Under the pieces are notes generated by a model. It made no database searches and was not told the origin of the DNA. It saw only the letters and a list, made by a program, of their open reading frames with translations. A stretch of 64,000 bases of DNA. Origin: Bigelowiella natans CCMP2755 (taxonomy: Eukaryota; Protista; Cercozoa). Both the position numbers and the translations under genes were made by a program. The DNA lies in NCBI GenBank assembly GCA_000320545.1, contig ADNK01001960.1, positions 82,805-146,804 on the forward strand, written 5' to 3'. The stretch's first letter is position 1; each line of letters begins with the position of its first letter. Of the stretch, positions 1 to 13,600 are shown piece by piece.

Positions 1-88
1 GGCAGTAATACATCATAATAAAGGGGAAAAGTGGATTGCGCTCTCGTGAAAGACTCAATTTTAACACTGCTCTATGTCATACATATAC

Positions 89-89
89 C

Positions 90-134
<45 letters not shown>

Positions 135-160
135 ATACACATACACACATACACATGCAG

Positions 161-192
<32 letters not shown>

Positions 193-203
193 TTTATATA
201 TAT

Positions 204-242
<39 letters not shown>

Positions 243-279
243 TGTAAAAAAAAATTTATGTGTGTAGATAAATTTACAT

Positions 280-320
<41 letters not shown>
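89..320. repeat. Compound intronic microsatellite (CA)n/(TA)n/(TG)n/(TA)n
   Basis: Directly visible; lies in the intron upstream of exon 328-388. Confidence 0.95.
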
Positions 321-324
<4 letters not shown>

Positions 325-327
325 CAG

Positions 328-2920
328 CCCTTTCGAAAATGGCGAAGAGACCAACAATATTGATATGGCGACTTTGGACTTGCTTGGGGTACAAAACACT
401 GAAATACCATTAGATCTCACATACAATCGATGTTGGCCAAATAGCCAACATGATAAAACTGACTGAAAGAAAAGGCTGGGGGAATCTTCGTGTATATTAT
501 CTGTAATAGAAGAGATTATAGAGTGATGATGATGATGATATTTGTAGTGTTAGCATTTGTAGTGGTAGTACTAAACCAAGGATATTCGCATGCACAGCAG
601 CTATTTGATTATCTCTTTCCGGAATTACTTTTGAAAGGCTGAAAATGATGCTCCTCGTTCCCAGTTGAAGCGGCAGAGTAGAAAGGAAGAGAGGCGGTAC
701 GATACTGACGGTGTTGCCTATTCGAAACAAGACTTTGTCGAATACTATGGCGGGACAAGGGAATGGAATATGGCAGAGATTGCTACTTCGAGCTCCTCCC
801 CCTCGTCCCCCGTTCTGACGATAGAAGGTTCCGCAGGACAGGGTGATGCTGGTGCTGGTGAGATGACCCCTGAGAAGGAGGCTGGCGAGCTCAGCGCTTT
901 CCGTCTCTCACCTGCGACCATACAGATGCTCAATGACCGCGGCGTGGAGAGCCTATTCCCGATTCAGAGAAATACATTCGACCACATCTTCGATGGCAGT
1001 GACCTCATTGCTCGTGCGCGTACAGGGACAGGGAAGACCCTGGCTTTTTCGCTCCCAGTCGTGGAGAAGCTTAAGAATGCGATGCCTCCTGGTACAGGAG
1101 GGCGGGGCGGAATCCGGGGCCGCGCGCCCAAGGTGCTGGTACTCGCACCTACTCGTGAGCTCGCAAAGCAGGTGGCTACAGACTTCGAAAGCATCGGTGG
1201 AAATAGCATCCGCACTACTACGTTGTACGGAGGAGCTCCGTTTGGCCCGCAAGCTGGCGATCTGAGGAGGGGCACCGATGTCGTGGTGGGCACCGCAGGA
1301 CGTGTGATGGACCACATGGAGAATGGGTCACTCGACCTCAAGGACATCGAATATATCATCCTCGACGAGGCGGACCGCATGTTGGACATCGGCTTCGCGG
1401 ACGACATCGAGCGTATCCTACAGGAAATCGGTCGCCAAAACGACGGGTCGCACGTGCAGACGCTGCTCTTCTCAGCCACCGTTCCCAAGTGGATTAAGTC
1501 GGTCGCACGAAAGTACATGCAGCCCGATTACAACTTTGTGGACCTCATCGGAGATGACGACCGACAGACTGCTGAGGGCATCACGCACCTTGCGCTCAAG
1601 GTGGATCGCAACCAGCTTGCGAGCACTCTCGGCGACGTGGTACAGGTGTACGCTGGGCGACATGGCCGCACCATCATCTTCACCCAAACCAAAGCGCAGG
1701 CGAATGAACTTGCACTTGGCAACTCGATCAAGCAAGAGTGCCTCGCTCTCCATGGAGATATTGCACAGGAGCAGCGAGAAAAAACGTTAGCGGCGTTCCG
1801 CGACGGTAACTTCAGGTGCCTCATCGCAACAGACGTGGCGGCTCGCGGTCTGGATATTCCAGCAGTCGATGTCGTTATTCAGGTGGAGCCTCCCAAACAC
1901 CATGACGACTTCATCCATCGATCGGGGAGAACGGCGCGCGCTGGCAAAACGGGTACAAATATCGTGTTATACCCACCGCGCGACGAGCGGAACATCCGCC
2001 AGCTGGAAAAGAGGGCCGGGATTGAATTCAAACGGGTAGGAGCTCCGCAGCCAAAGGATATCATCCGCGCCTGCGCCGACGACGCTTGTCACTCGCTTTC
2101 TCTTGTCTCCGATGAGGCAAAAGAGCACTTCCGTGACAGCGCACGCCGATTGCTGGAAGAGTACGCCCCGGAGGAGGCTCTTGCTGCTGCTCTAGCACAG
2201 ATCTCAGGGCACACAGACATCAAGCAGCGCTCACTGCTGTCCTCACAGCCTGGCTTCACAACTTGGGCAATCAAACTAGATCGGCCGTGCGCTGGTAAGG
2301 CGGTTGTCCGGCGTTTGCTTGCGTCTGGGCTCGACCCCAACGTCGTCGGCGCTATGCGTGGACTGACGATGTTTGAGGACATGACCGGAGCGGCCTTCGA
2401 CATGCCGGTCGAGTTCAACGATGCGGTGGAGAATGACTGGACCGGCATCAAAGGCGACATGGAACGCCTGGACGAGCTACCGCCGCTCAAAATGGACATG
2501 AACAACAGGAACAACTACGACAACAACCGAGGAGGAGGAGGACGTAATGGATATGGTCGTAACCGCAACGGTGGGGGTGGTGGTGGGTATGGTGGGTATG
2601 GGGGAGGAGGAGGCTCCTCTTCGTCGTACGGACGAAGTAGCAATAGGCATGCATCCGGCCCAGTCTTTCCAGGGGGGCCAGAGTTTGGCACCACCTATGA
2701 AGGAAGGGTCACTGGCGTCATGCCGTTTGGCGCATTCGTCGACTACGGCTTCGGCAAGGACGGTCTCGTCGCGACGAGAAATATCGGAAACTTCTGGGTC
2801 GATAATCCGCAGGATGTCCTGCAGTCGGGCATGCAGGTCAAGGTCCTCGTGCAAGGCGCGGAAAATGGGAAGGTGCGGCTGTCGATGAAAGGCCTCAACC
2901 CGCATATCACACCGCCATGA
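328..2920 (+). CDS. DEAD-box RNA helicase, DDX21/DDX50/RH3 type (helicase core + GUCT + RGG-rich linker + C-terminal S1 domain); 5' partial, exons ~328-388 and 638-2920
   Basis: Motifs ARTGTGKT, PTRELA, DEAD, SAT, LHGDI, ARGLD, HRSGRTARAG. GUCT-like region follows RSLLSSQPGFTT, then a G/R/Y-rich tract and an S1 fold (YEGRVTGVMPFGAFVD...KVRLSMK). An in-frame TGA at 632-634 implies an AG acceptor at 637; upstream exon 328-388 joins in phase 0. The true start lies upstream of the window. Confidence 0.93.
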
Positions 2921-3940
2921 TAGACGGCAGATGGCGTGCAAAATGGACATGGTGTATAGAAAGAAAGAACGAGCAGGAATAGCAGCAGGAATAGCAGCAG
3001 TAATAATCGCAGTTGGCGTCCACAGTAGAAGTCCCCTCCTCAACCCAATCCAGCGACAGGCAGACACATACGACGACAAGAAAAACATCGCGTCGTCTGT
3101 CAATCCCTCTCCCAAATATTAAATCATGATCATGATCAGACCGAACAAAAAGGAAAAACAAACCGTGCCACTTCCGAAAACTAAACAGCAGCATTTTATT
3201 TACCAAAAATTGTAATGTTGGTAGTAGTAGTAGTAGTAGTAGTAAGAGTAGTAATAGTTGTATTTGTAATAGTAGTAGAGTATTAGTAGCTGGTGTTATA
3301 GCAATAGTAGTAGTAGAGTAGCGTAGTAGTAGGCAGGTGGAGTACGATGCCCTTTGTAGCAATCAAGCAATATTTTAGAAGCATTTGAATTCGTTATTAT
3401 TCGAATAAATGCTGCGAGTGGAACGAGCAAGCCGCACTGTCGATTTCGTTCAACATACCAAACAACTTCCCACAAACCTTAATGCTAGTAAAGCTCCTCC
3501 ACATCATACCAAATATACGATGATTCAAGTCAGAAACGTTCTTATCTTCTTTAGTGCACGTGTATTTTTTCCTTCAACTTATTCTCAACCTGGCTTTGTC
3601 GCCCGATACGATTACACCAATAACGCGAAAGTTGCAAATTATCTGACATATAGTATCTCGTGTGCACATCCGACGCAGACAGCTACGGTTGTCTATTTAA
3701 GTTAAGCGTTCAAAATATCTATGGACTGCTTTCGCAGTTGTTTGATCCTGTGGTTCACACTTTGCGAACTAGAAGAAACGATATTTGCGCAAGGCGGTGT
3801 GCGCAGCATTTGTGATATCATTGCAACATCGTATCCAGGTCTACATCACCATGCATAGATCGATAGGCTGGCAGGACGCAAATGACCGCGCGCGTACGTA
3901 GGTGCGCAACCACACGTAGCATGCTAGCACTAACTACACA

Positions 3941-4145
3941 TGAGACGGATGTAATGAAATGTTTAAATTTTTTCAATGATTGTCATCCTAATGTAGCTAT
4001 GTACAATGCAGCGGCTAAAGCGCTTAAGTTGTGTCTGTTTGTTTCTTTTGTCACATGTCACATGTTATTGCATGCTTGAAAATCCATTGCAATTTGCTAG
4101 TTTGGTCTGTCATGTCGTGCTTTACACGCAGCAGCGCGCGAGCTC
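3941..4145 (-). mobile_element. 5'-truncated 3' end of non-LTR retrotransposon family A
   Basis: Starts TGAGACGGATGTAATGAAATGTTTAAATTTTTTCAAT; aligns by eye with copies at 4465, 42942, 48550 and 49667. Confidence 0.75.
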
Positions 4146-4247
4146 TTTTTCCTGCATTTGAGAGGCGTTTTGTTTCGTCTTTGCGGTCCGCATGATGATA
4201 TCTAGATGTGGCCGTCAGTTGTTTGTTGACATATATGAACAATATAC

Positions 4248-4289
<42 letters not shown>

Positions 4290-4465
4290 GCAGAACTGCT
4301 GCGCGCAGTGCGCGGCAACATCGGTCGCATGAGGACGCTTTCAAATGCATGAAACACATTGTGGCAGAAACCAACAGATGCAACATTAGCGCTGTAGCCG
4401 CTGCATTGCACAGCTACATCAGGATGACCATTGAAAAAATTTAATTCTTCATTACATCCGTCTCA
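4290..4465 (+). mobile_element. 3' end of non-LTR retrotransposon family A, with ORF C-terminus ...ETNRCNISAVAAALHSYIRMTIEKI*, ~21-nt UTR and TA/CA-rich tail
   Basis: ORF 4208..4444 stops just before CATTACATCCGTCTCA, which is followed by catatatacatatg. Confidence 0.75.
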
Positions 4466-4485
4466 CATATATACATATGTGTACG

Positions 4486-4545
4486 TAAGACGGATGTAAT
4501 TAATCAATTAATTTTGTTCAACGGTCATCCTTATGTAGCTGTGTG
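4486..4545 (-). mobile_element. Short family A 3'-end copy
   Basis: AGACGGATGTAAT...GGTCATCCTTATGTAGCT. Confidence 0.65.
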
Positions 4546-5114
4546 TGATATAGACTCATATATATGTATCTAGATAGCTAGCAAGCGCGTACGTTGGCAC
4601 TGCCGCGCACTAGCTAGTTATATAAGCACATGGGCTGAGGAAAAATGAATGAATGCATGCATATACAGATTAAACAACAACAATATGATTTTTTGTCATC
4701 CGTCTAATCTTACAATATGGTTTTTACGTCATAGCTAGATAGAGCTGCGCACACATGCACGCTACTCTTACAATGATTCATAAATTAACATTTTAATCAA
4801 GAATGAAAGAGTTTGGGCTTCAGCTAATCACACACAAGCCTACAATCTAGCAATGCTAGTAAAAGCTTCATGTTCTATGTTGCTGCACGAGTACTACACA
4901 CTCGCACTGGATTTGACAGACGTCTAATATGACTGAAACTAGAACTAACACCTTGCAGCGACAGGAATAGCTAGATAGGTAACGGTTGGATGTTGGACTG
5001 TTTGAAGGGTGTGTTTGTGTGTGTGTGTGTGTGATAGATGGTGCTGCTGCTGTTGTCTTCGCCTCTTTCATATCATCATTTTTCTGTCGTCGCCCTCTTC
5101 GATTCGTTACTCTC

Positions 5115-7527
5115 TTACGTGTCGAGCATGCACAGCATCGCAACCCCCCTGCGGATCCAATGGCCGGGGTCTACGTCCGTATCGAGGTACATGAACAACA
5201 CGAAGTTAGACGAGTGACCAGTCGTAGTCAGGGTTCCCGCTCGTATGGACGTCTTGTAGGTTGGGCACTCAAAGCAATCCTTCTGCGCCCAGTCCTTCTT
5301 CGTGATCGGGTCGAGCCAGATCGGCGGCATGGGTGAAAATAGAACGTTACGGTCAGATTCCCTCAGTTTAGCCTGCTTCAGGTCCCAGCCCGCTCCCTGA
5401 AGGAACAAACCATATGCGTAGGCTCCTCTGGCTGGGGTTTCAGTTATCTTGCTCTCATCCTCGATCTAAAGCAGTAAACAGTGGATAATTCGTTTGCTGT
5501 CAGAAAATTGTGAAATCTGTCATTTTCACATGCATGAAAACAAAAGCAGCAAAAATGGGGAAAACATGTAACGACCTTGAGTGGCTCGGTGCGGAAACGA
5601 AGCGTGTCAATCGGTATCTTTGTTTTACGCGCGAAACGTTGGAGGACAGACGTCATGAAGCCCTGCGGGAAGAAGAATCCAGGGATCCAGTAGGCTTTAG
5701 GCGGCCCCTTTTCTAGCCAGCCCCGCATGAATCTTAGACGGGTCTCCATGTCGTTGTACCACGACCCAAGAGGCTTGAGGCAAGGATAGAGCGCCCACAG
5801 GTCCGGCACACGATTCAGCATGAAGCAATTGAATATCGTCTCGAGCTCGCTGGACATGACCTGGAGGCCTTTGATAGCGTCCTTGAGGTCCTTGAGGGAC
5901 TTCCCGATGACCGAAAGCAATTTATTGAACTTCACAATTTCCTGGCTCAAGAATACCGCGAGAGTGTTCTTTCCCTCATTCATGCCTTCGAAGGTGTCGG
6001 GGTGAGCACCCTTTTTAGTCAACATCTTGGGTAGTCGCCGCTCAAACTCCTCCGCCATTTCTGTCACCTTCTGCGCCGGTGTTTTGGCTCCTTCGCCGCC
6101 GCCTGCAGCTGCCGCACTCGGTGCCGTGAGAATGATGGAGTTGAGAAGAGCGTTAGACTCTTTGAGCTGGTAAGTGATGTTTGCGTTGTCGTGTAGGCCG
6201 AAGACCTCTGGCTTGTCAAGGGATGGAAGATTCTCCACGTACTTGATGACGTCAGCCAATTTGGTTTCTTCTGTGGGGTAGTAATGTCCGGAGGAGGAGT
6301 AAGTGTAGCCTTTCGTCAACGCCTTCTCGTTGATAGTGATCCAAAGAATTTTCGCCGCCAGGCGGATGTCCTTATCATCAGTAATACGGCCTCCGTAGTT
6401 CACCTCCCCAATCACATACCGCAGCGTCTCCCACGGCACCACATCCTGCTCGTCGAGATTCATGCGAAGTTGAGAGATGGACACCTCAAGATCGCTATTC
6501 ATCCACTCGTAAGGGATGTTCCATCCTATGGCACCGAATTTACGCCTCTCTTGACACACAGCATGGAAGAAGGCCAAACCAAACAGTAGCTTCTTGAAGA
6601 TCTCGGGCTTGGAGCATCCCTCGAATGTCGACTCCTCCAGGTCCAGGAACGTGCGCTTCATGTTGGCTTTGAGGCCCTTGGGAGGCTCGTTCGTTACCTT
6701 GATGCTCTGTTGCAAAATCGAGACCGGGAACTTGGACGTTGGCATGGAGGTTAGCCAGAGTCGGTAGTTCTCATGGACGTCCTCTTTTGCCGCTTTCTCC
6801 AAGACCTGCTCGAGTTTTGGAAGCCATGAGACGGACAGGTGGCAGTTTTGAAGGCACACCCAGCCTCCACTCTCTTGCGCCTGCTTCATCAGCGCCTCCG
6901 CCTTCGGACCTTGCCCTTGCCCGAGGGAGATATACGTGAATTGCGATTCTTCAATGCCCTGGTCTCGAGCCAGCTTGAGGAGGTATCCCATCGGATCTGC
7001 TCCAGGGGAGAGGACGAAAATTATCGGCGTTCGGTGGTCGGAGTCCTCATAAACGCCCTTCAGATCCATGGGCGGCGACTCCGTGAACATCTTGCCCATC
7101 GTGTTGAGCACGTACTTCTCGGTGAGATATGTCAGCACATCCTTACGGATCACCTTGATCACCAGCAGCTTCTGGAATTCGGAGAGGGAGCTCTTGAGAG
7201 CGTCGGGGAGCGGCAATGTGGTAGGGTTGTCGTTGTCCATGATCTTGCGCAGCCCCTCGAGGACCTTGGCATCTCCAGTGATGAGATCGGGCTTGTTCAT
7301 CACCGTTTCGAGTGTGGTGAGCATGCGCCATTTCTGTTCTTCGATCCACTGCGGTTTGGGCTTCGTTTCCTTGGCCTCCTCGGCGCGGATGAAGAACGCG
7401 AACTCGCTCGGGGTTATATCACCCGCTCCCATCTGTATCTTGGCTGCGATCAGGAAGGAGAAGAGAGGCTTGTCCTTTTCGAATAACCCTCGGCAAATGT
7501 TCACGTACCTGCGTTAGAACAGTTTAA

Positions 7528-7558
<31 letters not shown>

Positions 7559-7605
7559 GGGTGGTGATGAGCGACAAGATTGTGGCGTACATGACTCGAG
7601 CATTC

Positions 7606-7642
<37 letters not shown>

Positions 7643-10527
7643 CGCTATCACCACCTTGATCACCACCAACGTGAACACCACCATCACCACATCATAATAA
7701 TAATCATATAGTCTTATTACATGTTGAGGGTGATGTCTTTGAGCAGGATGTCGAGCCGTGTCTTGAGGTCCTCGGGGTCTTTTGGCTTCTCCGACTTGTT
7801 GATTCTCATTCGATAAAGCTGAACAAAATACACCAGAGAGTACTGGTACATCGGGTCCACAAGGGAGAGATCTGCGATAATGAAATACAGAATCGAAGCT
7901 CGGGTCGCCACAATGCGGTACTTTTCTCGGGTAATATTGATCGTGGCCACGACCTTCTCCGCCTCCGACACCCTCTCTTTTACCGCGGTACTTGTGACTT
8001 TGCTTTGCGCCAGGGTGTTGATGAGAGTTTCGTTATCGAGAATGTTTCCCTTGGCCTCGGAGAGCATACGGAGAATCTGCTTCTCTATGTCCGCTAGCTT
8101 TTGCTGATCTGCCGCGATCTGGAGGATGAGCTCGTCGTTCTTCTCCTCCAAGTCAGCTCGCTCGAGCTTGCAGACCTCTACGAGAAGCTGGTCCTCAAGC
8201 CCCTTAGGCGTCACAGTGAAGTTGACAATCGTCGTCTTGATGAAGATCTCCGGCATGTAGTGCGGGTTCGGCAGTTTGGTTGTGATGAAGAAACTGAACT
8301 TCTTGCTCCAGGGAACATCCTGATCCATGAAGCGCAAGACCATTTGACCTTGCTTCTTGAAGACCTGCTTCCTGAGAACAGGGTCAAGAGCTGCATCGAG
8401 CTCCTCCTCCACGTTCTCCATGAGGACAGGTGTGCCAAGAGATATGGCGTTCTGCAGGATGTTAAGGTACTTGGGATTCGACTGCTTCACCACCTGCAAC
8501 TTGTTTTTGGCGCCCATATTCTTGGTCCACCTGTTTGCCTGGCCCTGAGGGTCGATCATCAGAGGCCAGCGGCCACCGATTGTTGTGATCAGGCCGTTTT
8601 CGGTCGAATAATTGTCGGCGGGAAGGCCTTCGATGTTCCACTGACGGACAATGAGAGGGTCTGAGAGAACACCCACAAGTGAGAAGCTTGGGTCAACCGG
8701 GATTGTCTTTGACACGCAGCTCTTGATCCACTGCTTGCATATCTTCTCTCGGAATGGAGCCGTGAAGGGCCCTAGGTAGGAGATAAAACCGGCACCTAAG
8801 AGAATGTTCCCGGTGAGGTTGACAGTGTCCTTCTCGAGCTTGATTGCTGTTTGTTTCCAACGCACAGCTTCGGAGGAGAGGCCACCGGTAAGCTTTCCGG
8901 CACGAACTAGACGCGCTTCCGCCTGGGCGATGTTCTTCTTGAGGTCGTCCCTCTGCTTGATCTTTTTGCGGTAGGTCTGCTGCAGGCCGCGGACTTTGTC
9001 CTGAACTTCTTTGAGAGCGCCCATTTTTACGTCCAGCTTATCTTTGGCTTCTTTGAGTTCACCCTCTGCTTTCTTCAGAGCCTCGCGCTTAGGCTCGATC
9101 TCTTTGGCGACGGTAGCGTAAATGTACATGGCCTTAGCCCAAAGACAAAGCGACACGGCGGCGGACGAGACTTTCGAGAGTTCCTCTTTTGTCAGATCTT
9201 TGTCTTCAGTGTAGGGTTTCAGCTTCTTGAGGATCCTCGATGCAATTTCGTCTTTCTTGTATTCTTGGCACATCTTGATGAACTTGCTGTTAGAGAGCAG
9301 TTTTTTGGAGGTTGCCCAGTCGGTTTTGCCCTTGACGTCGGGGAGATCACGGAACAGGATGCAAACGGCTTCCATCACTTTCTTGACTCCGGAAGGTGGG
9401 TTAGGGAATCCCTTCATCACTCCAATGTCCCTCGAGTTGAGGGTGTCCAGAGCGGCAATCGCTTCGTTGTACGCAGGGAGAGCCCTGTCGAGATCCTGCT
9501 GACACTCATTCTTTTGCTTTTCTACTCGAAGCTGCACCTTCTTGCACGCCTTTGCGTCCCCAGCGCAGTTCTGCTCCTGGACCTTGGCATCTGCCTGCTC
9601 AACTTTAAGGGTTTCGAGCAGCTTGGCGGTCTCTTCGGACTCCTTCTTAAGGACGGGTTGCATCTTGATGATCTTCTCCTTAAGTTCGCCGACCAGAACC
9701 TCAGTATCAGCGAGCTTCTGCAGCCCGTTCTTGTACTTGCTCAGCTTGTCGGAGACGATCGATTTCTGCTCCATGAGCATCTTACTATACTGCTTAATCA
9801 GGTCGAGGTAGGAGGTCGGGGTCGTGTAGTTGTAGCGACGCTGTGTCGCGAGGAACTCTGTCGTGGCGGTATTGACAGATTGGTGGATAGTGACACACAC
9901 ATTGGCGATGTTCTTCGTCATATCTCCGAGCTCCAGCTCCGGCTTGGCGCCCAGTAGGCGCTCTGCGACTGTGAAGAGAGCCTCATCTGGCCATGCATCG
10001 AACCAGTCAATCGTACAGCAGTTAACCAATGCGGGATATTGCCGGCACCGTGAGCGGAACCCGTCGCCTACTGGGGAGAACGTCAGGACAATGTGCAGAT
10101 TCTGGCGCACCTGCTCGATGAAAAATTTGTACGCGTTGCCTCGCGTGACGGGCATACCCTCGTTCGCGAGCTTCGGCTTTATCTTGTTTATAATTTTGTC
10201 GAGATCCTCGGGCTCGAATAGGTTTGGAACCTCGCCGGAGTTGAGTATGTTGTTTATGTTCTCAAGGAATGACTCTTTCACAACCTGGGTGTCTGAGAAG
10301 ATGAAAACGATGCCCTCGCCCTCCGCACCAGCGGTGTACATAATCGATTTGAGGTCCTCCTTCCACTCGACCTCACCATAGCCTCGCTTCAACTCAATCG
10401 ATTTCGATTGATAGTCGTTGAGGAAAGCTGCGAACCTGGTCAGGCTCTGTCGACCGCTTCCTCCCATACCTGCATTGATTTTGTGAGTGTTTTAGATTTG
10501 GGGGGATAGCACAAGAGCGAGCGAGCG

Positions 10528-10620
<93 letters not shown>

Positions 10621-13600
10621 GAGAGAGAGAGAGACAGAGAGACAGAGAGATGGGTTTGGGGTCTAATGTGCTACATTGAACTTGTATTACCAATTAGAAG
10701 GGCATTGCCACGTGGCTGCCTCAGCACGCGAGCGATACGGGACATGTGCATGATCGCGTCCTGGAAGAAGACCAGGTGCATCTGGTTGGATTCGGAGCTG
10801 TTGTATTCGACAAGGAATTCGTCCAGTGCTTTAGGAAGGGCCTCCATATCCGTGATAGGAGCGTAGCGTTTCTCGCCAGACGCGTAATCGCCGAATAGCG
10901 ATCCGTTGAAGTCCTTTGCCTTCCACTTCATCTCAAATTTTTCTGTCAGCCGCTCCACGCACTGACCATCAAACCACTTCCGATCCTCAATGGATATCAG
11001 CCTATCTCGGAACACGCGAGCGCTTTCGTGCATCCAGAGCTTAAGAAGTACCTTGTTGTCGGTTAGATCCTTCTTGTCCGCCATCATGATTCCCTGCACA
11101 ACCTTAGAGAGGTCGCGCAGATTGAAGGTGTAGTGTGATTTAGTCGGCGTCGGCAACATCTCCTGGCACATCTTCACATACGTTTGAACCGAAGCCTCGA
11201 CGATGTTGCCCGCCATGGAAACGAGATCTGGCGCGTTGAGCTCCAGGTATCCGCCCAAGATGAGCGAGAATATGTTCCTCATCGACTTCTCCGAAAGCTG
11301 TGGTTCCCATATTAGGTGGAAGTGTCGAGTCGCACGTGCCGTGATCTCACTCCTTCCTCCGCCTGGAGGCGCACAAGCAGCAACAAATAGAATATCGGTA
11401 ATGTTTCTCAGGAAGAGTTTCTTCCTATCGTAGAAGCCTCCCTGGTCAATACACTGACGCATGAGCTCGATGGGTGGCTGGGCTCCGTAAATCTCCTTGG
11501 TTGGCATGTTCACGTCGTCAATGAAGATCACGATCTTCATACCAAATGGGGCGCCCAGGAGTGTTTTGCGCTTCTGCACGAGCTTTGTCTCGAGGACATC
11601 CTGCAAGTTCTGCGACGTCGTTTGAGCCGAGAAGGTGACTGGAACATACTTGAATTTTTCGGTGATCTTTTCGTCCTGGAAGAAGTTCTGTACGATGACA
11701 GTCTTACCCACACCTGTCTCCCCGATGAACTTGGAACAGATGTCGTTTGAAGTGAGCAGCTCAAGGAGGTACTTGAACTTTGTCGTGTCTTCGGTAGGCA
11801 CCAGGATGTTGAAGAAGGGCATCTTCGCATCGAATTCGTACTCAGGAATCATATCGGTCCATGGAATAAACTTGCCCTCGTCAATGTCTATCCAGTAATC
11901 GTACACCGTGCCCTCGGAAGGGAAATCCGGCGCGAGATTCTTAAGCAGGTTCTTCTTGAGAAGAGCGTCAAACTTTTTCTGCGAGACGTCGTGGAGGTTA
12001 GCACCGAATGACCAAATTATAGCCAGAAACATGTACTTCTTTGCTAGGGTGTGGCGCTCCTCTGCATCGCTATACTTGTCGATGCCGTTGTCGGGAACGA
12101 GAAGAGCCCCCAGGAGACCGAGACAGCTCCTCACGAGGTTCTTGTCAACGCTACGCACGCGCTCAACACCCTCCGTTCGAATGAATTCGATGATAGGCCC
12201 GATTTCGTCCATGAGAATTGCAGTCACTTTTTTGGCCTCGTCAGGAGCTACAGTCTTCACCTCCGCCTTCCACGTGCGGATAAGCGGCTTCCAGCCAAGA
12301 TGCAAAGGCTCGAGGTAGACCATTCCACACCGCGACACGGTCGCAGGGGAAGCCTCCGACAGAGAATCGTTCTCGAACACCATGGACATTGTCCCCGGAA
12401 TCTTGATCACTTCGCCGTTACCTGGAGCGTAGATGAGAGAAAATGATGGGAAGGAAGCAATTATCTCACGCGGATAACTATGACCCTCTCTTGTAAAAGC
12501 ATAAGAACCATGACATGGGGGTGGGGTGAAGGAATCCAACCGTGGAAAAACAAGGTGAGGGCTTACCGAGGCAGAGAGCCTTGTTGTCATCGAGGACCGT
12601 ATTCATCGACTCAATCCAGAGCGTGTCTACTGGCCCATCAAACAAGCACCATTTCTTGCAGTCTTCAGAATCCTCGCAAAACTCTCTTGTAATTTTTCCT
12701 GTGTAACAAAACACATCATCGCATTGTGAGACAGACCTCCAGTATCACAATGCCGTTCATTGTACAAGCATCTCATGAGTGCGTGCGAATCTCTCTCAAA
12801 TCAGGCTGCAACTCACCGATGAGCCCGTCGGTCCACTCTTGGGTGATGGGGTGCTCGAAGCCGTAGAGCTCCTCCATTTCCACGGACTTGGGGTTGACCA
12901 CGACTTTCTTGACTTTCTTGAACTCGGGCGTCCTGTCGTCTGGGTTCTTAATTTTCTTGGCCTCCACGACGGCCAGGGTGCCGAGGGCCTTTTCGAGCGC
13001 GGTGATGAGGGTGGTCTTTCCGCTCATTGTTGAACCAACGACCATAACTCCGTGGCGCACGATCATTGTCTCATGGAGCTGCAGCACCTTGTCAGTGAAC
13101 GGTTTTACATTATCGCTCGCCTCGAGTTCCATCTTCACCAGCTCAGCTTTGATGGTCTCCTCAAGCGCCCCGTAGTTGACGCTGGGTGGGTTGATGCCGG
13201 GGAAGAGGTCCGAGATGATTCCTCGGAACAATGGCAAGTCGTGGTCGAGGAACTTGGGCACGTTGCTGTCCCGCATCGCACGGATGAGCAGCACGTCTTC
13301 GGTTTGGTTGGGGTTGTTACGCTTAAGAGAGCCAGCCATGACAAGTACCGACTTTACAGCACGCATACCAAAGTCGTAGTGGTCCTGCTTGGACAGCTGC
13401 TCAGAGCTTAAACGGTAAAGCTGGGCCATTTTCTGCGAGAGCGTCGTCGCGTCGCGGAAGCCCTCAGAGAACAGAATGATCTGTGCAATCAACGCGTAGT
13501 CAGGAATCATCATCGCTACCGGGCGGAAGAGCGCCTTAAGGTTGTCTGGAAGCTCCGTTCGCCCTGCGTAACCAGGGTTCATAGTGATGAAGACGCCGAA

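Noticed and set aside
31-466. Many short ORFs with YIYI/HTHT/CVCV/SLSL runs here and throughout the window
   Set aside because: These are translations of intronic microsatellites.
526-642. Signal-peptide-like short ORF MMMMIFVVLAFVVVV upstream of the helicase
   Set aside because: It is out of frame, derives from (GAT)/(GTA) repeats and lies within the predicted intron 389-637.
3941-4465. Apparent MITE with ~130-bp terminal inverted repeats (also 48550-49667)
   Set aside because: The 'TIR' encodes an ORF C-terminus and stop, has a fixed end with a microsatellite tail, occurs unpaired and in tandem elsewhere, and extends into a CCHC knuckle. Oppositely oriented LINE 3' ends fit better, though a MITE is not fully excluded.
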